A DNA stretch of 64,000 nt from Tissierellia bacterium. GTDB taxonomy: Bacteria; Bacillota; Clostridia; Tissierellales; Peptoniphilaceae. Each line of letters begins with the position of its first letter. The first letter of the stretch is position 1. Under the pieces are notes generated by a model. It was given only the letters and a program-made list of their open reading frames with translations. It searched no databases and had not been told where the DNA came from. The translations under genes and the position numbers were made by a program. The stretch covers positions 2,006 through 66,005 of the forward strand of contig JAAYFJ010000022.1 of NCBI GenBank assembly GCA_012728295.1. Direction: 5' to 3'. This document shows positions 49,224-57,532 of the stretch, piece after piece.

Positions 49224-49907
49224 ATGAAGACAGTAAATATAGAATTTATGAAAAATAGTGGATTTCATTTAGTATTTGATAAAATACAAATGGTATTAGA
49301 TTACTATGAAGGACCACTGACTTTAACAGATCAGCCAGGGTGGTTTATAACAACTCATGGTCACCCAGATCACTATAATCCAAAGATATTTGAGCATAGA
49401 AGAGAAGATATCAACTATATATTAAGCGATGATATCATTCCACCAGAAGGAGAAGAAGCCCTTTTAGTTAGAGCTGGGCAAATAGTGGATTTAGGTGATG
49501 TGAAGCTTAATACTTATGATTCCACAGATTTGGGGATAAGCATGATAATTGGTGTGGAGAACTGGAACATCCTTCACATGGGAGATCTAAACTGGTGGCA
49601 TTGGGAGGAAGATAGCAAAGAAGAACAAGAAGCTATGGAAAAGGCATTTAAAGATGAAGTCAAGAAAATGTCTGGAATACCCATAGATATAGCAATGGTT
49701 CCCGTAGATCCAAGGATGGGAGAAGCAGGGTTTTGGGCAGGGGATTATGTGATAAGATGGCTAAGACCTAGATATGTTATACCCATGCACCTTCAGGAAA
49801 ATTGGGAATTTGCAGAAGAGTTTAAAGAACGACATAATACTGATTTCACACTAATATTGCCAGTTGTAGATGAGGAAGCATCGTGGATAATAATGGACAA
49901 CGAATAA
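49224..49907 (+). CDS. MBL-fold metallo-hydrolase
   Basis: HxHxDH motif (THGHPDHY) and a later His/Asp ligand context. Confidence 0.7.
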   Translation: MKTVNIEFMKNSGFHLVFDKIQMVLDYYEGPLTLTDQPGWFITTHGHPDHYNPKIFEHRREDINYILSDDIIPPEGEEALLVRAGQIVDLGDVKLNTYDSTDLGISMIIGVENWNILHMGDLNWWHWEEDSKEEQEAMEKAFKDEVKKMSGIPIDIAMVPVDPRMGEAGFWAGDYVIRWLRPRYVIPMHLQENWEFAEEFKERHNTDFTLILPVVDEEASWIIMDNE

Positions 49908-49987
49908 GAATAGCAAGGGAAAAGAGCCTTATGTAAGACAAGTTTTCCTTGCTATTTCTCCAGAAAGACGTAATTGGGTAAAAGGAC

Positions 49988-50015
49988 TTGATTTTAGCAT
50001 TTATTATAGTATAAT
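49988..50015 (+). promoter_or_regulatory. Promoter of tRNA-Ala
   Basis: TTGATT (49988-93), 16 nt, TATAAT (50010-15). Confidence 0.6.
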
Positions 50016-50029
50016 TGGCATATACTATT

Positions 50030-50105
50030 GGGGCCTTAGTTCAGCTGGGAGAACGCTTGACTGGCAGTCAAGAGGTCAGGGGTTCAAGTCCCCTAGGCTC
50101 CACCA
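50030..50105 (+). tRNA. tRNA-Ala (anticodon GGC), CCA encoded
   Basis: Hand-folded cloverleaf. Acceptor GGGGCCT/AGGCTCC with the G3:U70 Ala identity pair. Anticodon arm CTTGA-CTGGCAG-TCAAG. T arm AGGGG-TTCAAGT-CCCCT. Confidence 0.95.
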
Positions 50106-50123
50106 ATATCACTATAAATGGCT

Positions 50124-50160
50124 AAATCCGAACGTAAATTACATTACGGTCGGATTTTAT
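50124..50160 (+). terminator. Terminator after tRNA-Ala
   Basis: AAATCCGAACGTAA-loop-TTACGGTCGGATTT followed by a T-rich run. Confidence 0.8.
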
Positions 50161-50645
50161 TATTCTACGCCAAAAATTTCTTTTAGCTCTGTACCATATC
50201 CAGTTGCTTCTGAATCAAAGTAATATCCTTTGGGAGAAGATGTTTTTTCGCTATCCTTAAAGGATACAGCTCCTTTTTCATCAAATATTATTTTATAATT
50301 GCTCCATATTTCAAATTTCAGGAGAAATCTAGTAATATCATCAACCACCGAGTTGGCAAAGGAAAGTGCAATTCTGGGGTCGTGGGAAGTGATTCTAATA
50401 TGGACAGAGATGCTGTTTTCATCAAAATCGGTATTTAAAACAGTAACCGTTGCTAAGGGGCACTTTGAGGGGACATCGTTTGTCTTCTTCAACTCTTTTA
50501 ACAAGGCTGAATTTAAGGGCATGGAAGTGTTTTCTATATCATTGGAATCCCTAATAACACCACTGCAACCAGTGAATAAAACCTGAATTCCAACCAGTAG
50601 AATTATCATCACAAGCAAAGAGATTTTTAGAATTGAGCTTTTCAT
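50160..50645 (-). CDS. Hypothetical lipoprotein
   Basis: Start moved to ATG 50645 behind AAGGAGG. This gives MKSSILKISLLVMIILLVGIQVLFTGCSG (lipobox). Confidence 0.6.
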   Translation of the reverse strand: MKSSILKISLLVMIILLVGIQVLFTGCSGVIRDSNDIENTSMPLNSALLKELKKTNDVPSKCPLATVTVLNTDFDENSISVHIRITSHDPRIALSFANSVVDDITRFLLKFEIWSNYKIIFDEKGAVSFKDSEKTSSPKGYYFDSEATGYGTELKEIFGVE

Positions 50646-50745
50646 AATTACCTCCTTGATTGGATTATACACTTGAAACAAATAGAATAAACATAAAATA
50701 ATATCCGTGGAGGTTTTGCACCCCAACGGATACTATAGAACTAAA

Positions 50746-51558
50746 TTATTGTGCTCGCATAAGATAGACAACAGTAGGATCTTCGCTGTCTCTAGTGATT
50801 TCAAACTTAATATTCATAGGAATATCTTTGCTAGGACCTTCAACGCTCTTTAATGTAACTATTATTTCATTCCAATTCACAGGAATCTCAAAACCGACTT
50901 GGCTATTTATAGTTTCTCCAGGTTTATAGTAATCAGCTAGAGGTAGTGCATCATCATTATTATAGCTGCTAGTTGCGTAAACATTATCCTTGTATAGCTT
51001 TCCATCGACAGTTAGTTGTACTTGATTAAAAGATATATATATCCTTTTGTCATCGGTCATATTATTTGTTATATCAAATACTGTATTAAAATATATATAT
51101 CCATCTTCAGGCTGGTGTGAGGAATCAGGCTCAGCATTGAATCTCAACACACCTAGAATGACAGACAAACCTTCTTTTTCTATGGTCTCACCAACTGGAA
51201 TTGCACCACTTTGACCGTTGAAGTCAGAAGTATATAATTTTATAGCAGTTTTCTGGATATCCTCAACATCTGTAGATGAGTCACTAGATTCAGATTCTTT
51301 AATGGATTTGTCCTTATTAGAATCAATGTCTTCTTTAGTTGATTTTTCTTGTTCTTCCAAAAGGCGTTGCAACTCCTCTTTAGAGGCTTCCAATTCATCA
51401 AGCCCTTCTTCCAATGTAGATTCAAATTCTTTTGCTATCTCCTCCACGCCCTTGGCAGTTTCTTCAATGGAGTCATTTAGTTCGTCCCATGCTTTTTTAG
51501 CACGACATCCTGAAAGACATAGAATGGCTACCAATAATAAAGCAAAATATTTTTTCAT
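50746..51558 (-). CDS. Hypothetical lipoprotein with an acidic coiled region and a C-terminal beta-rich (DUF4352-like) domain
   Basis: Start moved to ATG 51558 behind AGGAGG. This gives MKKYFALLLVAILCLSGCR (lipobox). Confidence 0.6.
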   Translation of the reverse strand: MKKYFALLLVAILCLSGCRAKKAWDELNDSIEETAKGVEEIAKEFESTLEEGLDELEASKEELQRLLEEQEKSTKEDIDSNKDKSIKESESSDSSTDVEDIQKTAIKLYTSDFNGQSGAIPVGETIEKEGLSVILGVLRFNAEPDSSHQPEDGYIYFNTVFDITNNMTDDKRIYISFNQVQLTVDGKLYKDNVYATSSYNNDDALPLADYYKPGETINSQVGFEIPVNWNEIIVTLKSVEGPSKDIPMNIKFEITRDSEDPTVVYLMRAQ

Positions 51559-51875
51559 AATATACCTCCTAACATTTAACATTAGGGAATATATCCGCTC
51601 AAAGTAAAATTTCCAAATAAAAACCCGGATATATTTGCGATGGAGAATTCAAAGCATTATCTCAGGTAGGTAAATAGCTGTATGCAGATGTGATATCAAA
51701 AAACCCTCCAACAAATTCAATAATCAGAGGTTTGATGGTATATGTATATGTTGTATGCACTACTCATTTTTAAATGCATTTGTATTGTTATTTTACCCTA
51801 AAAAATAATTCATATACATTTTATGAAAAACTTTTGACAACTATGATTATGGAAGAAGCTCTAGAGATATATTAA

Positions 51876-51904
51876 TTGAAATAATATTAACATTATGCTA
51901 TAAT
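51876..51904 (+). promoter_or_regulatory. Promoter of tRNA-Pro
   Basis: TTGAAA (51876-81), 17 nt, TATAAT (51899-904). Confidence 0.65.
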
Positions 51905-51937
51905 AAATATCTGTGAAAAATAGAAATGATAATTTGT

Positions 51938-52014
51938 CGGGATGTGGCGCAGCTTGGTAGCGTACAAGTATGGGGTACTTGGGGTCGCAGGTTCAAATCC
52001 TGTCATCCCGACCA
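51938..52014 (+). tRNA. tRNA-Pro (anticodon GGG), CCA encoded
   Basis: Hand-folded. Acceptor CGGGATG/CATCCCG. Anticodon arm CAAGT-ATGGGGT-ACTTG (G37 as expected for Pro). T arm GCAGG-TTCAAAT-CCTGT. Confidence 0.95.
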
Positions 52015-52015
52015 G
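51996..52015 (+). repeat. attL core (part of the intact tRNA-Pro 3' end)
   Basis: Identical 20-mer to 62082-62101. Confidence 0.8.
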
Positions 52016-52020
52016 CACTA

Positions 52021-52070
52021 GGTGTGTTTTCTTAAATCGTTCTAAAACGTTGGAAACACACCATTTTTTT
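52021..52070 (+). terminator. Phage-supplied terminator behind the reconstituted tRNA-Pro
   Basis: GGTGTGTTT-loop-AAACACACC followed by ATTTTTTT. Confidence 0.7.
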
Positions 52071-52118
52071 ATTTTTGATTGGGCGTATTTTCTCGTATCT
52101 TCCTATAAAATATGCAAT

Positions 52119-52143
52119 GGGTTGCATACTGGTTGCATATTTT
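52119..52143 (+). repeat. 25-bp repeat GGGTTGCATACTGGTTGCATATTTT (candidate integrase arm-type sites, left copy)
   Basis: Contains GGTTGCATA twice in tandem. An inverted TATGCAA lies at 52111-52117. It is identical to 62000-62024. Confidence 0.6.
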
Positions 52144-52154
52144 TCATTGTCCAA

Positions 52155-53330
52155 TTATATGGACAGCATGTTTTCCACCACTTCAACAGCGTTAGTTTTA
52201 AGTTTTTCTGTAACGTGAGTGTATATTCTTAATGTAGTGTCTAAATCCGAATGGCCTAGTAAACTTTGAACAGTTTTTATATCTACGCCATTTTCAAATA
52301 GCCGGGTAGCAAATGTATGCCTAATGGAATGAAAAGTTTTGTGTGGTAAGTTACATTGTATTAATATAGATCCGAGACGTCTATTTGGCCTCTTGCGTTC
52401 TATCGGATTTCCCATGGCATCACAAAAAATAAAATCGCGGTCATTATACGCTTCGCCCAGTCTTAATTTATGTTCATTTTGTGAAATCTTAATTTTGCTC
52501 AAGAGTTTTTGCAATGATTTAGGTAGCGCAAATTCTCTATAAGAGCTATCAGTTTTTAACCTAGAAAAGCCATGCTCCATACTCATATCATCTAAATCAT
52601 TAATACTATAATTATAAGTATACTGTTTTGAAATTTTTAAATTGCCATTTTTATAGTCTGGCCAAGTTAGGCCTATAATCTCACCAAGCCTAAGGCCTGT
52701 GCCAAAATCAAACAATATTATTAGGTCAACGATATCATCAGTTAATGAGGAAAATATTTGAGCCTGCTCTTCGGCAGTAAAGGCCTTATCTTCATCTTTT
52801 GCTTTAGCAACCTTAGGGAGCTTAATATTTAATGTTGGATTGGCAAAAACATACTGCTCTTCCATTACAAACTTATAGAATCCGCGAATAAGAGTTAACA
52901 GGAACTTAGCTCCTGTTGGAGAGAGGTCTCCTGAAGAAAGTAAATTATTAAAATGTCGTTGAAGGTCTATGGTCCTTATTTTTTTTATCTTAGCTTTCGA
53001 AATCGGAAAGGGTAAAATCTTGTATTTATATTGTGAAAGATAGCGTTCAAAGCTGCTATGGCTAAGCTCTTGCTTTTTATAGACAAATAGCCATTCATAG
53101 AATAGATCTCCAAAAGATATATTCTCGATAACAGCAATTTGACCCTTAGAGGCCATAAACTGAGCTTCTTGCATTTGTTCAACAACTTCTGATTTTACAT
53201 AACTACCAAAGGTTTTACGTACTAATTCTCCTTTCTTATCAACGCCAGCACTTATTTGTGCAATATAATAGGTTTTTCCATTTCTTTGTACGGAGTACAT
53301 GGAGCCTTCTCCGTTTGATTTTTTGCGCAT
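52155..53330 (-). CDS. Tyrosine-type phage integrase
   Basis: 391 aa. N-terminal SAM-like/arm-binding region, and a C-terminal catalytic region with GLRLGE (Arg), HSIRHTFAT (HxxR) and [16 protein letters not shown] (His, Tyr). Confidence 0.9.
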   Translation of the reverse strand: MRKKSNGEGSMYSVQRNGKTYYIAQISAGVDKKGELVRKTFGSYVKSEVVEQMQEAQFMASKGQIAVIENISFGDLFYEWLFVYKKQELSHSSFERYLSQYKYKILPFPISKAKIKKIRTIDLQRHFNNLLSSGDLSPTGAKFLLTLIRGFYKFVMEEQYVFANPTLNIKLPKVAKAKDEDKAFTAEEQAQIFSSLTDDIVDLIILFDFGTGLRLGEIIGLTWPDYKNGNLKISKQYTYNYSINDLDDMSMEHGFSRLKTDSSYREFALPKSLQKLLSKIKISQNEHKLRLGEAYNDRDFIFCDAMGNPIERKRPNRRLGSILIQCNLPHKTFHSIRHTFATRLFENGVDIKTVQSLLGHSDLDTTLRIYTHVTEKLKTNAVEVVENMLSI

Positions 53331-53368
53331 AAAAATACCTCATATTCGGTATGCAAAAGAAGGCTACG

Positions 53369-53451
53369 TGATATAATTAGCTTGATGGGCGGTTATATCA
53401 TATAGCCGTGGACCTCTTACTCTGTTGGCGCAGAGTAGGGGGGCTTTTTTT
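53369..53451 (+). ncRNA. Candidate ~70-nt terminated transcript between int and ssb
   Basis: Extended -10 promoter TGaTATAAT (53369-77). About 35 nt further on comes a 12-bp hairpin, CCTCTTACTCTG-ttggcg-CAGAGTAGGGGG, plus TTTTTTT (53413-51). Only a 6-codon ORF lies inside. Confidence 0.35.
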
Positions 53452-53529
53452 ATTATATTTTTTATCCAACAGCAATCTTTTCTATTGCGTGTTGTATTCT
53501 ATTTTCTATATTTAAAGGAATGAAAATAC

Positions 53530-53943
53530 ATGCTAAATAATTGTGTTCTTATCGGGAGGCTAACACGTGATCCCGAGCTACGCTATTTGCCAGGGTCTGG
53601 TACGGCCGTAGCCAAATTTACATTAGCAGTAGACAAGCAACTATCCCGCGATAAGAAGATGGAACTAGAGGCTAAAAACCAACTTACAGCCGATTTTATT
53701 AATATTACAGTTTGGGGTAAGCAGGCTGAAAACTGCGAAAAGTACCTGTCTAAGGGCAAACAAGTTGCTGTCGCTGGTAGACTACAGACGGGCAGCTATG
53801 AAGCCACTGACGGCACAAAACGCTATACTACCGAAGTGGTGGCTAGCCAAGTACAGTTTTTAAGTGTTGCAGAAAAACCGACAGGTTCAGGGGACCAGTC
53901 TTTTTACCCAGTAGATGAACCGGATGATAGCATTCCGTTTTAG
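53530..53943 (+). CDS. ssb: Single-stranded DNA-binding protein (phage-encoded)
   Basis: OB-fold N-terminus (NNCVLIGRLTRDPELRYLPGSGTAVAKFTLAV) and the acidic C-terminal tip DDSIPF. Confidence 0.9.
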   Translation: MLNNCVLIGRLTRDPELRYLPGSGTAVAKFTLAVDKQLSRDKKMELEAKNQLTADFINITVWGKQAENCEKYLSKGKQVAVAGRLQTGSYEATDGTKRYTTEVVASQVQFLSVAEKPTGSGDQSFYPVDEPDDSIPF

Positions 53944-53951
53944 GTGACGCC

Positions 53952-54302
53952 ATGAAAATAAAATCAGGATATGACCTAACAGGCAAGCCTATTCCAGAGA
54001 AGGTCATCCAAGACCAAATAAGATATGCACTAGGTTATTATTGCGTTGTGTTCCGAGCTAATGTTGGAACTTTTAAGCGCGGTGATAGATTTGTATCTAC
54101 TGGACTACCTAAGGGATTCCCGGACCTGTTTGGTTTCAGGAAGTCAGACGGCAAGGCGTTCTTTATTGAGGTTAAGGGAATTAAGGGTAGATTGTCACCA
54201 GAACAGCTAGCTATGGCTGAGGAATTTAAAAGGCATGATGTGCTATACGGAGTTGCCAGAAGCGCAGAGGAAGCACTTGAGATAGTGGGAGTTGAGGTGT
54301 GA
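53952..54302 (+). CDS. VRR-NUC domain nuclease
   Basis: The pattern E..IQDQI..AL...RANVG...GLPKGFPDLFG...FIEVKGIKGRLSPEQ fits the PD-(D/E)xK VRR-NUC signature. Confidence 0.8.
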   Translation: MKIKSGYDLTGKPIPEKVIQDQIRYALGYYCVVFRANVGTFKRGDRFVSTGLPKGFPDLFGFRKSDGKAFFIEVKGIKGRLSPEQLAMAEEFKRHDVLYGVARSAEEALEIVGVEV

Positions 54303-54327
54303 ATCTGTATAGAAAGGCGATAGGGGA

Positions 54328-54729
54328 TTGACCAAAGAGACATTAAAAAACTATACGGATCTCAAATACGAGATATACCGCATAGAAAAACGACTTGAAA
54401 AATTAAAGAATACCGTGGAACACGATTCAGTAACAGGCTCTAATCCCGAGTTTCCTTATCAGCCTATCCAAATCCATATTCAAGGGTATGCCACATCCAG
54501 AATCCAGAGGCTAGAAAAGATTCTACTGCAGAGAAAAGAGCAGGCAGAGGGTCAGAGGCTAGAGATTGAGGAGTTTATCGCTAGCATTGAGGATTCTAGA
54601 ACCAGGATCATATTTGAAATGAGATACATTGAAAATAAAAGCTGGATGAGTATTTCAAGAAAGTTTGGGAGTTGTGATGAAAGTTATGCAAGAAAAAGAC
54701 ATGATAGATACTTAGAATATTACCGATAA
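54328..54729 (+). CDS. Phage sigma-region-4-like transcriptional regulator (DUF1492/RinA-ArpU functional class)
   Basis: 133 aa with a C-terminal HTH resembling sigma-70 region 4 (SRTRIIFEMRYIENKSWMSISRKFGSCDESYARKRHDRYL). It lies upstream of the packaging module. TTG start. Confidence 0.6.
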   Translation: MTKETLKNYTDLKYEIYRIEKRLEKLKNTVEHDSVTGSNPEFPYQPIQIHIQGYATSRIQRLEKILLQRKEQAEGQRLEIEEFIASIEDSRTRIIFEMRYIENKSWMSISRKFGSCDESYARKRHDRYLEYYR

Positions 54730-54733
54730 ACCA

Positions 54734-54762
54734 TTGACATACGTATTGGCACGTGTTAATAT
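54734..54762 (+). promoter_or_regulatory. Own promoter of hicAB
   Basis: TTGACA (54734-39), 17 nt containing ACGT-attggc-ACGT, TAATAT (54757-62). Confidence 0.55.
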
Positions 54763-54785
54763 ATAGTTGTCAGGAGGTAGTGCGC

Positions 54786-54971
54786 ATGCCAATGACACAA
54801 GATGAAATGGTCAAGTTGTTAAAGAAAAACGGTTTTGAAGTAGTTGAAGGTGGCAAAGGGTCACATGTAAAGATGAAAAAACCAGGACAAACTAGACCTA
54901 TCATTATTCCTAAAGGTGAGCTAAAAAAAGGCACTGAAAAAGGAATACTTAAAGAGTCGGGGCTAAAATAA
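54786..54971 (+). CDS. hicA: Type II toxin HicA (mRNA interferase)
   Basis: 61 aa. MVKLLKKNGFEVVEGGKGSHVKMKKPGQTRPIIIPKG...KGTEKGILKESGL is the typical HicA dsRBD-like sequence with the catalytic His. Start moved to ATG 54786 behind AGGAGG. Confidence 0.85.
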   Translation: MPMTQDEMVKLLKKNGFEVVEGGKGSHVKMKKPGQTRPIIIPKGELKKGTEKGILKESGLK

Positions 54972-55005
54972 GCCCTTGATTCTTTAAAACTTAGGAGGTG
55001 TAAAT

Positions 55006-55449
55006 ATGTTAGTTAGTTATCCAGCGTTGTTTTATCATAGTCCAAGCGAAGACGGCTCTTATTATGTGTATTTTCCTGACTTAAAAGGGAGTGGAACACA
55101 AGGGGAAGATATTGAAGATGCGATGCTTATGGGTAGTGATTATTTAGGTATAGTCATAGCAGATTTACTTGAAAGTGGACAAAAAGTGCCAACTAGGACT
55201 AATATTAACGAATTGTCTTTAGTAGAGAACTTTCCGTTTAAAGATGATTTAGAGTTTGAAGGTTTTTACGATTTTGATAATTCATTTGTTTCAATGGTGT
55301 ATGTGGATATTAGAGAATATTTAGGTGGGCAAGAGCTTATTAAAAAAACTCTATCTATCCCAAAATGGTCCAATGATTTAGGCAATCGGCTTAATTTAAA
55401 CTTTTCAAAAGTGCTGACTGAGGCTATAGAAAAGGCAGCTTTAAGATAA
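55006..55449 (+). CDS. hicB: Type II antitoxin HicB
   Basis: The N-terminus YPALFYHSPSEDGSYYVYFPDLKGSGTQGEDIEDAM is the HicB partial RNase-H-like fold. The C-terminal tail ...NFSKVLTEAIEKAAL looks like a DNA-binding (RHH-type) tail. Confidence 0.8.
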   Translation: MLVSYPALFYHSPSEDGSYYVYFPDLKGSGTQGEDIEDAMLMGSDYLGIVIADLLESGQKVPTRTNINELSLVENFPFKDDLEFEGFYDFDNSFVSMVYVDIREYLGGQELIKKTLSIPKWSNDLGNRLNLNFSKVLTEAIEKAALR

Positions 55450-55479
55450 GACTTTGATTAATTTCAAGGTCTTTTTTTA
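55449..55479 (+). terminator. Terminator after hicB
   Basis: AGAC-TTGA...TCAA-GTCT hairpin followed by TTTTTTT. Confidence 0.65.
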
Positions 55480-55506
55480 TTTTGTCCGTTTTGTCCGATT
55501 CAAACG

Positions 55507-55602
55507 TGGTATATTGGTATCATGGACTTCTAGGTTAAATTGATAACCTCCTTTCTTGATAAATGGTTGCAAATTGGACACTTTGGACAGAGTGTCCTTT
55601 TT
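55507..55602 (+). promoter_or_regulatory. Late-operon leader: extended -10 promoter, hairpin, and intrinsic terminator just upstream of terS
   Basis: TGgTATATT (55507-15). Hairpin AGGTTA-aattga-TAACCT (55532-49). GGACACT-loop-AGTGTCC plus TTTTT (55576-602). The terS RBS follows at 55624. Confidence 0.4.
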
Positions 55603-55637
55603 GTGTGGGAGAAATGAGGTGATGAGGAGGTGAGGCG

Positions 55638-56129
55638 GTGGCACAAACGAAAAATAAAGGTGGGGCAAAGGGGAAATACCATGATTGGATTGAACCAGAA
55701 GGATTATTAAAAATTGAAGGATGGGCCAGAGACGGCCTCACAGATGAACAAATAGCAAACAATATGGGAGTTCACAGAGATACTTTAGTTCAGTGGAAAA
55801 AGAAGTATCCCGACATATCCGACACCCTAAAAAAGGGGAAAGAGGTTGTTGGCCGTGCAGTTGAGAACGCTTTATTAAAAAGAGCGTTGGGATATAGCTA
55901 TATAGAAACCACCGAAGAACTTAATCGTGAAACAGGGGCAATGGAAGTCACAAAGAGAGTAACAAAAGAAGTGGTTCCTGATACTACGGCACAGATATTC
56001 TGGCTTAAAAATAGAAAACCTGAAGATTGGAGAGATAGGAAAGAAACGCACCTATCAGGTGAAGTTAGATCTAATCCTTTTGACGAATTATCGCCTAGTG
56101 AGCTAAGGAAGTTGATTGCAAGTGAATAG
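55638..56129 (+). CDS. Terminase small subunit
   Basis: HTH-containing N-terminus (EGWARDGLTDEQIANNMGVHRDTLVQWKKKYPD) and position immediately upstream of terL. GTG start behind GAGGAGG. Confidence 0.8.
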   Translation: MAQTKNKGGAKGKYHDWIEPEGLLKIEGWARDGLTDEQIANNMGVHRDTLVQWKKKYPDISDTLKKGKEVVGRAVENALLKRALGYSYIETTEELNRETGAMEVTKRVTKEVVPDTTAQIFWLKNRKPEDWRDRKETHLSGEVRSNPFDELSPSELRKLIASE

Positions 56130-57522
56130 AAAAGAGTTAATCTATCAAGCTAAATTAGCGCTTGCAAGGAAAGAACTATTTTATTATTGCAAAACTAAAG
56201 CTCCAGACTTTTATAAAGATGACAGGGAATATTTAATTAGCTTGTGTAATGAACTACAAGAATTTAATAATTCTGATTATGACATACTAGTTATCAATGA
56301 GCCGCCAAGGCATGGTAAAAGTAGAACGGCACAGCTTTATGTAGAGTGGAGCTTGGGGAACAATCCTAAGTTAAAAATAATGACAGGCTCATACAATGAA
56401 ACAGTAGCAACTCAGTTCTCTAAAGGTGTTAGAAACTCAATAATGGAAACAAAAGCAGATAGGGATAAAATAGTATACTCAGATGTATTCCCTGGAATAA
56501 GGATAAAAGAAGGAGATGGAGCTACCAATTTATGGAGTCTTGAAGATGGATATACAAATTACTTGGCAACATCACCGACAGGAACAGCGACAGGATTTGG
56601 AGCGGATAGACTGCTAATAGATGACTTAATAAAGAATTCACTCGAAGCTAATGACATAAACGTATTAGATAAGCATTGGGAATGGTTTACTAATACCATG
56701 TTATCAAGACTTGAAAGTGGCGGTAAAATTATTATAATAATGACTAGGTGGCACTCTAAGGACTTAGCAGGTAGGGTGTTAGAAGAAATGCCTAAGCTCG
56801 GATATAAAGTAAAGCATATGTCAGAAAAAGCCCTTAAAGAGGATGGGACAATGTTATGTGAAGATGTTTTGTCTCGAGAAGAGTATGACAGGAAAACAAA
56901 AACTATGGGGGCAGATATAGCAAGTGCCAACTATCAGCAAGAGCCTATTGATATTAAAGGCAAATTATATTCAAGCTTTAAAACTTATACTGACATACCT
57001 AGAGATAAGCAAGGAAACTCATTGTTTACAGCAATTAAAATGTATTCTGACACTGCCGACCAGGGCAGTGATTTTTTATGTAATATTATCTACGGAGAAT
57101 ACAACAAAGAAGCTTATGTACTAGACGTGTACTATACAAAAGAGCCAATGGAGATAACAGAGGGCGAAACAGCAAAAAGGATAGTAGCCTATAACGTTAA
57201 TTATGCAGATATTGAATCAAACAATGGTGGTAGGGGATACGCGAGGGCAGTAAAAGGCAAGCTAAAACGCATGGGGCATAATAGGTGCAGAGTTACATGG
57301 TTTCACCAATCTAAAAATAAAGTGGCCAGAATACTATCTAATGCAACTTGGGTTATGGATCATATATATTTCCCAAACAACTGGAGAGACAGATGGCCAG
57401 AATACTATAAGGCGATGTATGAATATCAAAGAGAAGGTAAAAATGCCCATGATGATGCACCAGATGCAACTACGGGTGTAGCTGAAAAATGTGGAAGAGC
57501 ACCGCTATTAAGTTTTGATTAA
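56116..57522 (+). CDS. Terminase large subunit
   Basis: Walker A-like PPRHGKSRT, Walker B-like LLIDD, and the C-terminal RNase-H-like nuclease block (HDDAPDATTG). Overlaps the terS end. Confidence 0.9.
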   Translation: MQVNRKELIYQAKLALARKELFYYCKTKAPDFYKDDREYLISLCNELQEFNNSDYDILVINEPPRHGKSRTAQLYVEWSLGNNPKLKIMTGSYNETVATQFSKGVRNSIMETKADRDKIVYSDVFPGIRIKEGDGATNLWSLEDGYTNYLATSPTGTATGFGADRLLIDDLIKNSLEANDINVLDKHWEWFTNTMLSRLESGGKIIIIMTRWHSKDLAGRVLEEMPKLGYKVKHMSEKALKEDGTMLCEDVLSREEYDRKTKTMGADIASANYQQEPIDIKGKLYSSFKTYTDIPRDKQGNSLFTAIKMYSDTADQGSDFLCNIIYGEYNKEAYVLDVYYTKEPMEITEGETAKRIVAYNVNYADIESNNGGRGYARAVKGKLKRMGHNRCRVTWFHQSKNKVARILSNATWVMDHIYFPNNWRDRWPEYYKAMYEYQREGKNAHDDAPDATTGVAEKCGRAPLLSFD

Positions 57523-57532
57523 GAGGTGAAAG

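Noticed and set aside
51942-52232. 96-aa ORF overlapping tRNA-Pro, attL and the arm repeat
   Set aside because: It begins inside the tRNA gene and reads through a terminator and non-coding attachment-site DNA. It is an artefact of a stop-poor stretch.
55477-55762. Two minus-strand ORFs (63 and 75 aa) in the hicB-terS spacer
   Set aside because: - They are antisense to the terS start and leader.
- They have no RBS.
- Their translations are Pro/Ser/His-rich nonsense.
- The region is better explained by the plus-strand promoter, hairpins and terminator.
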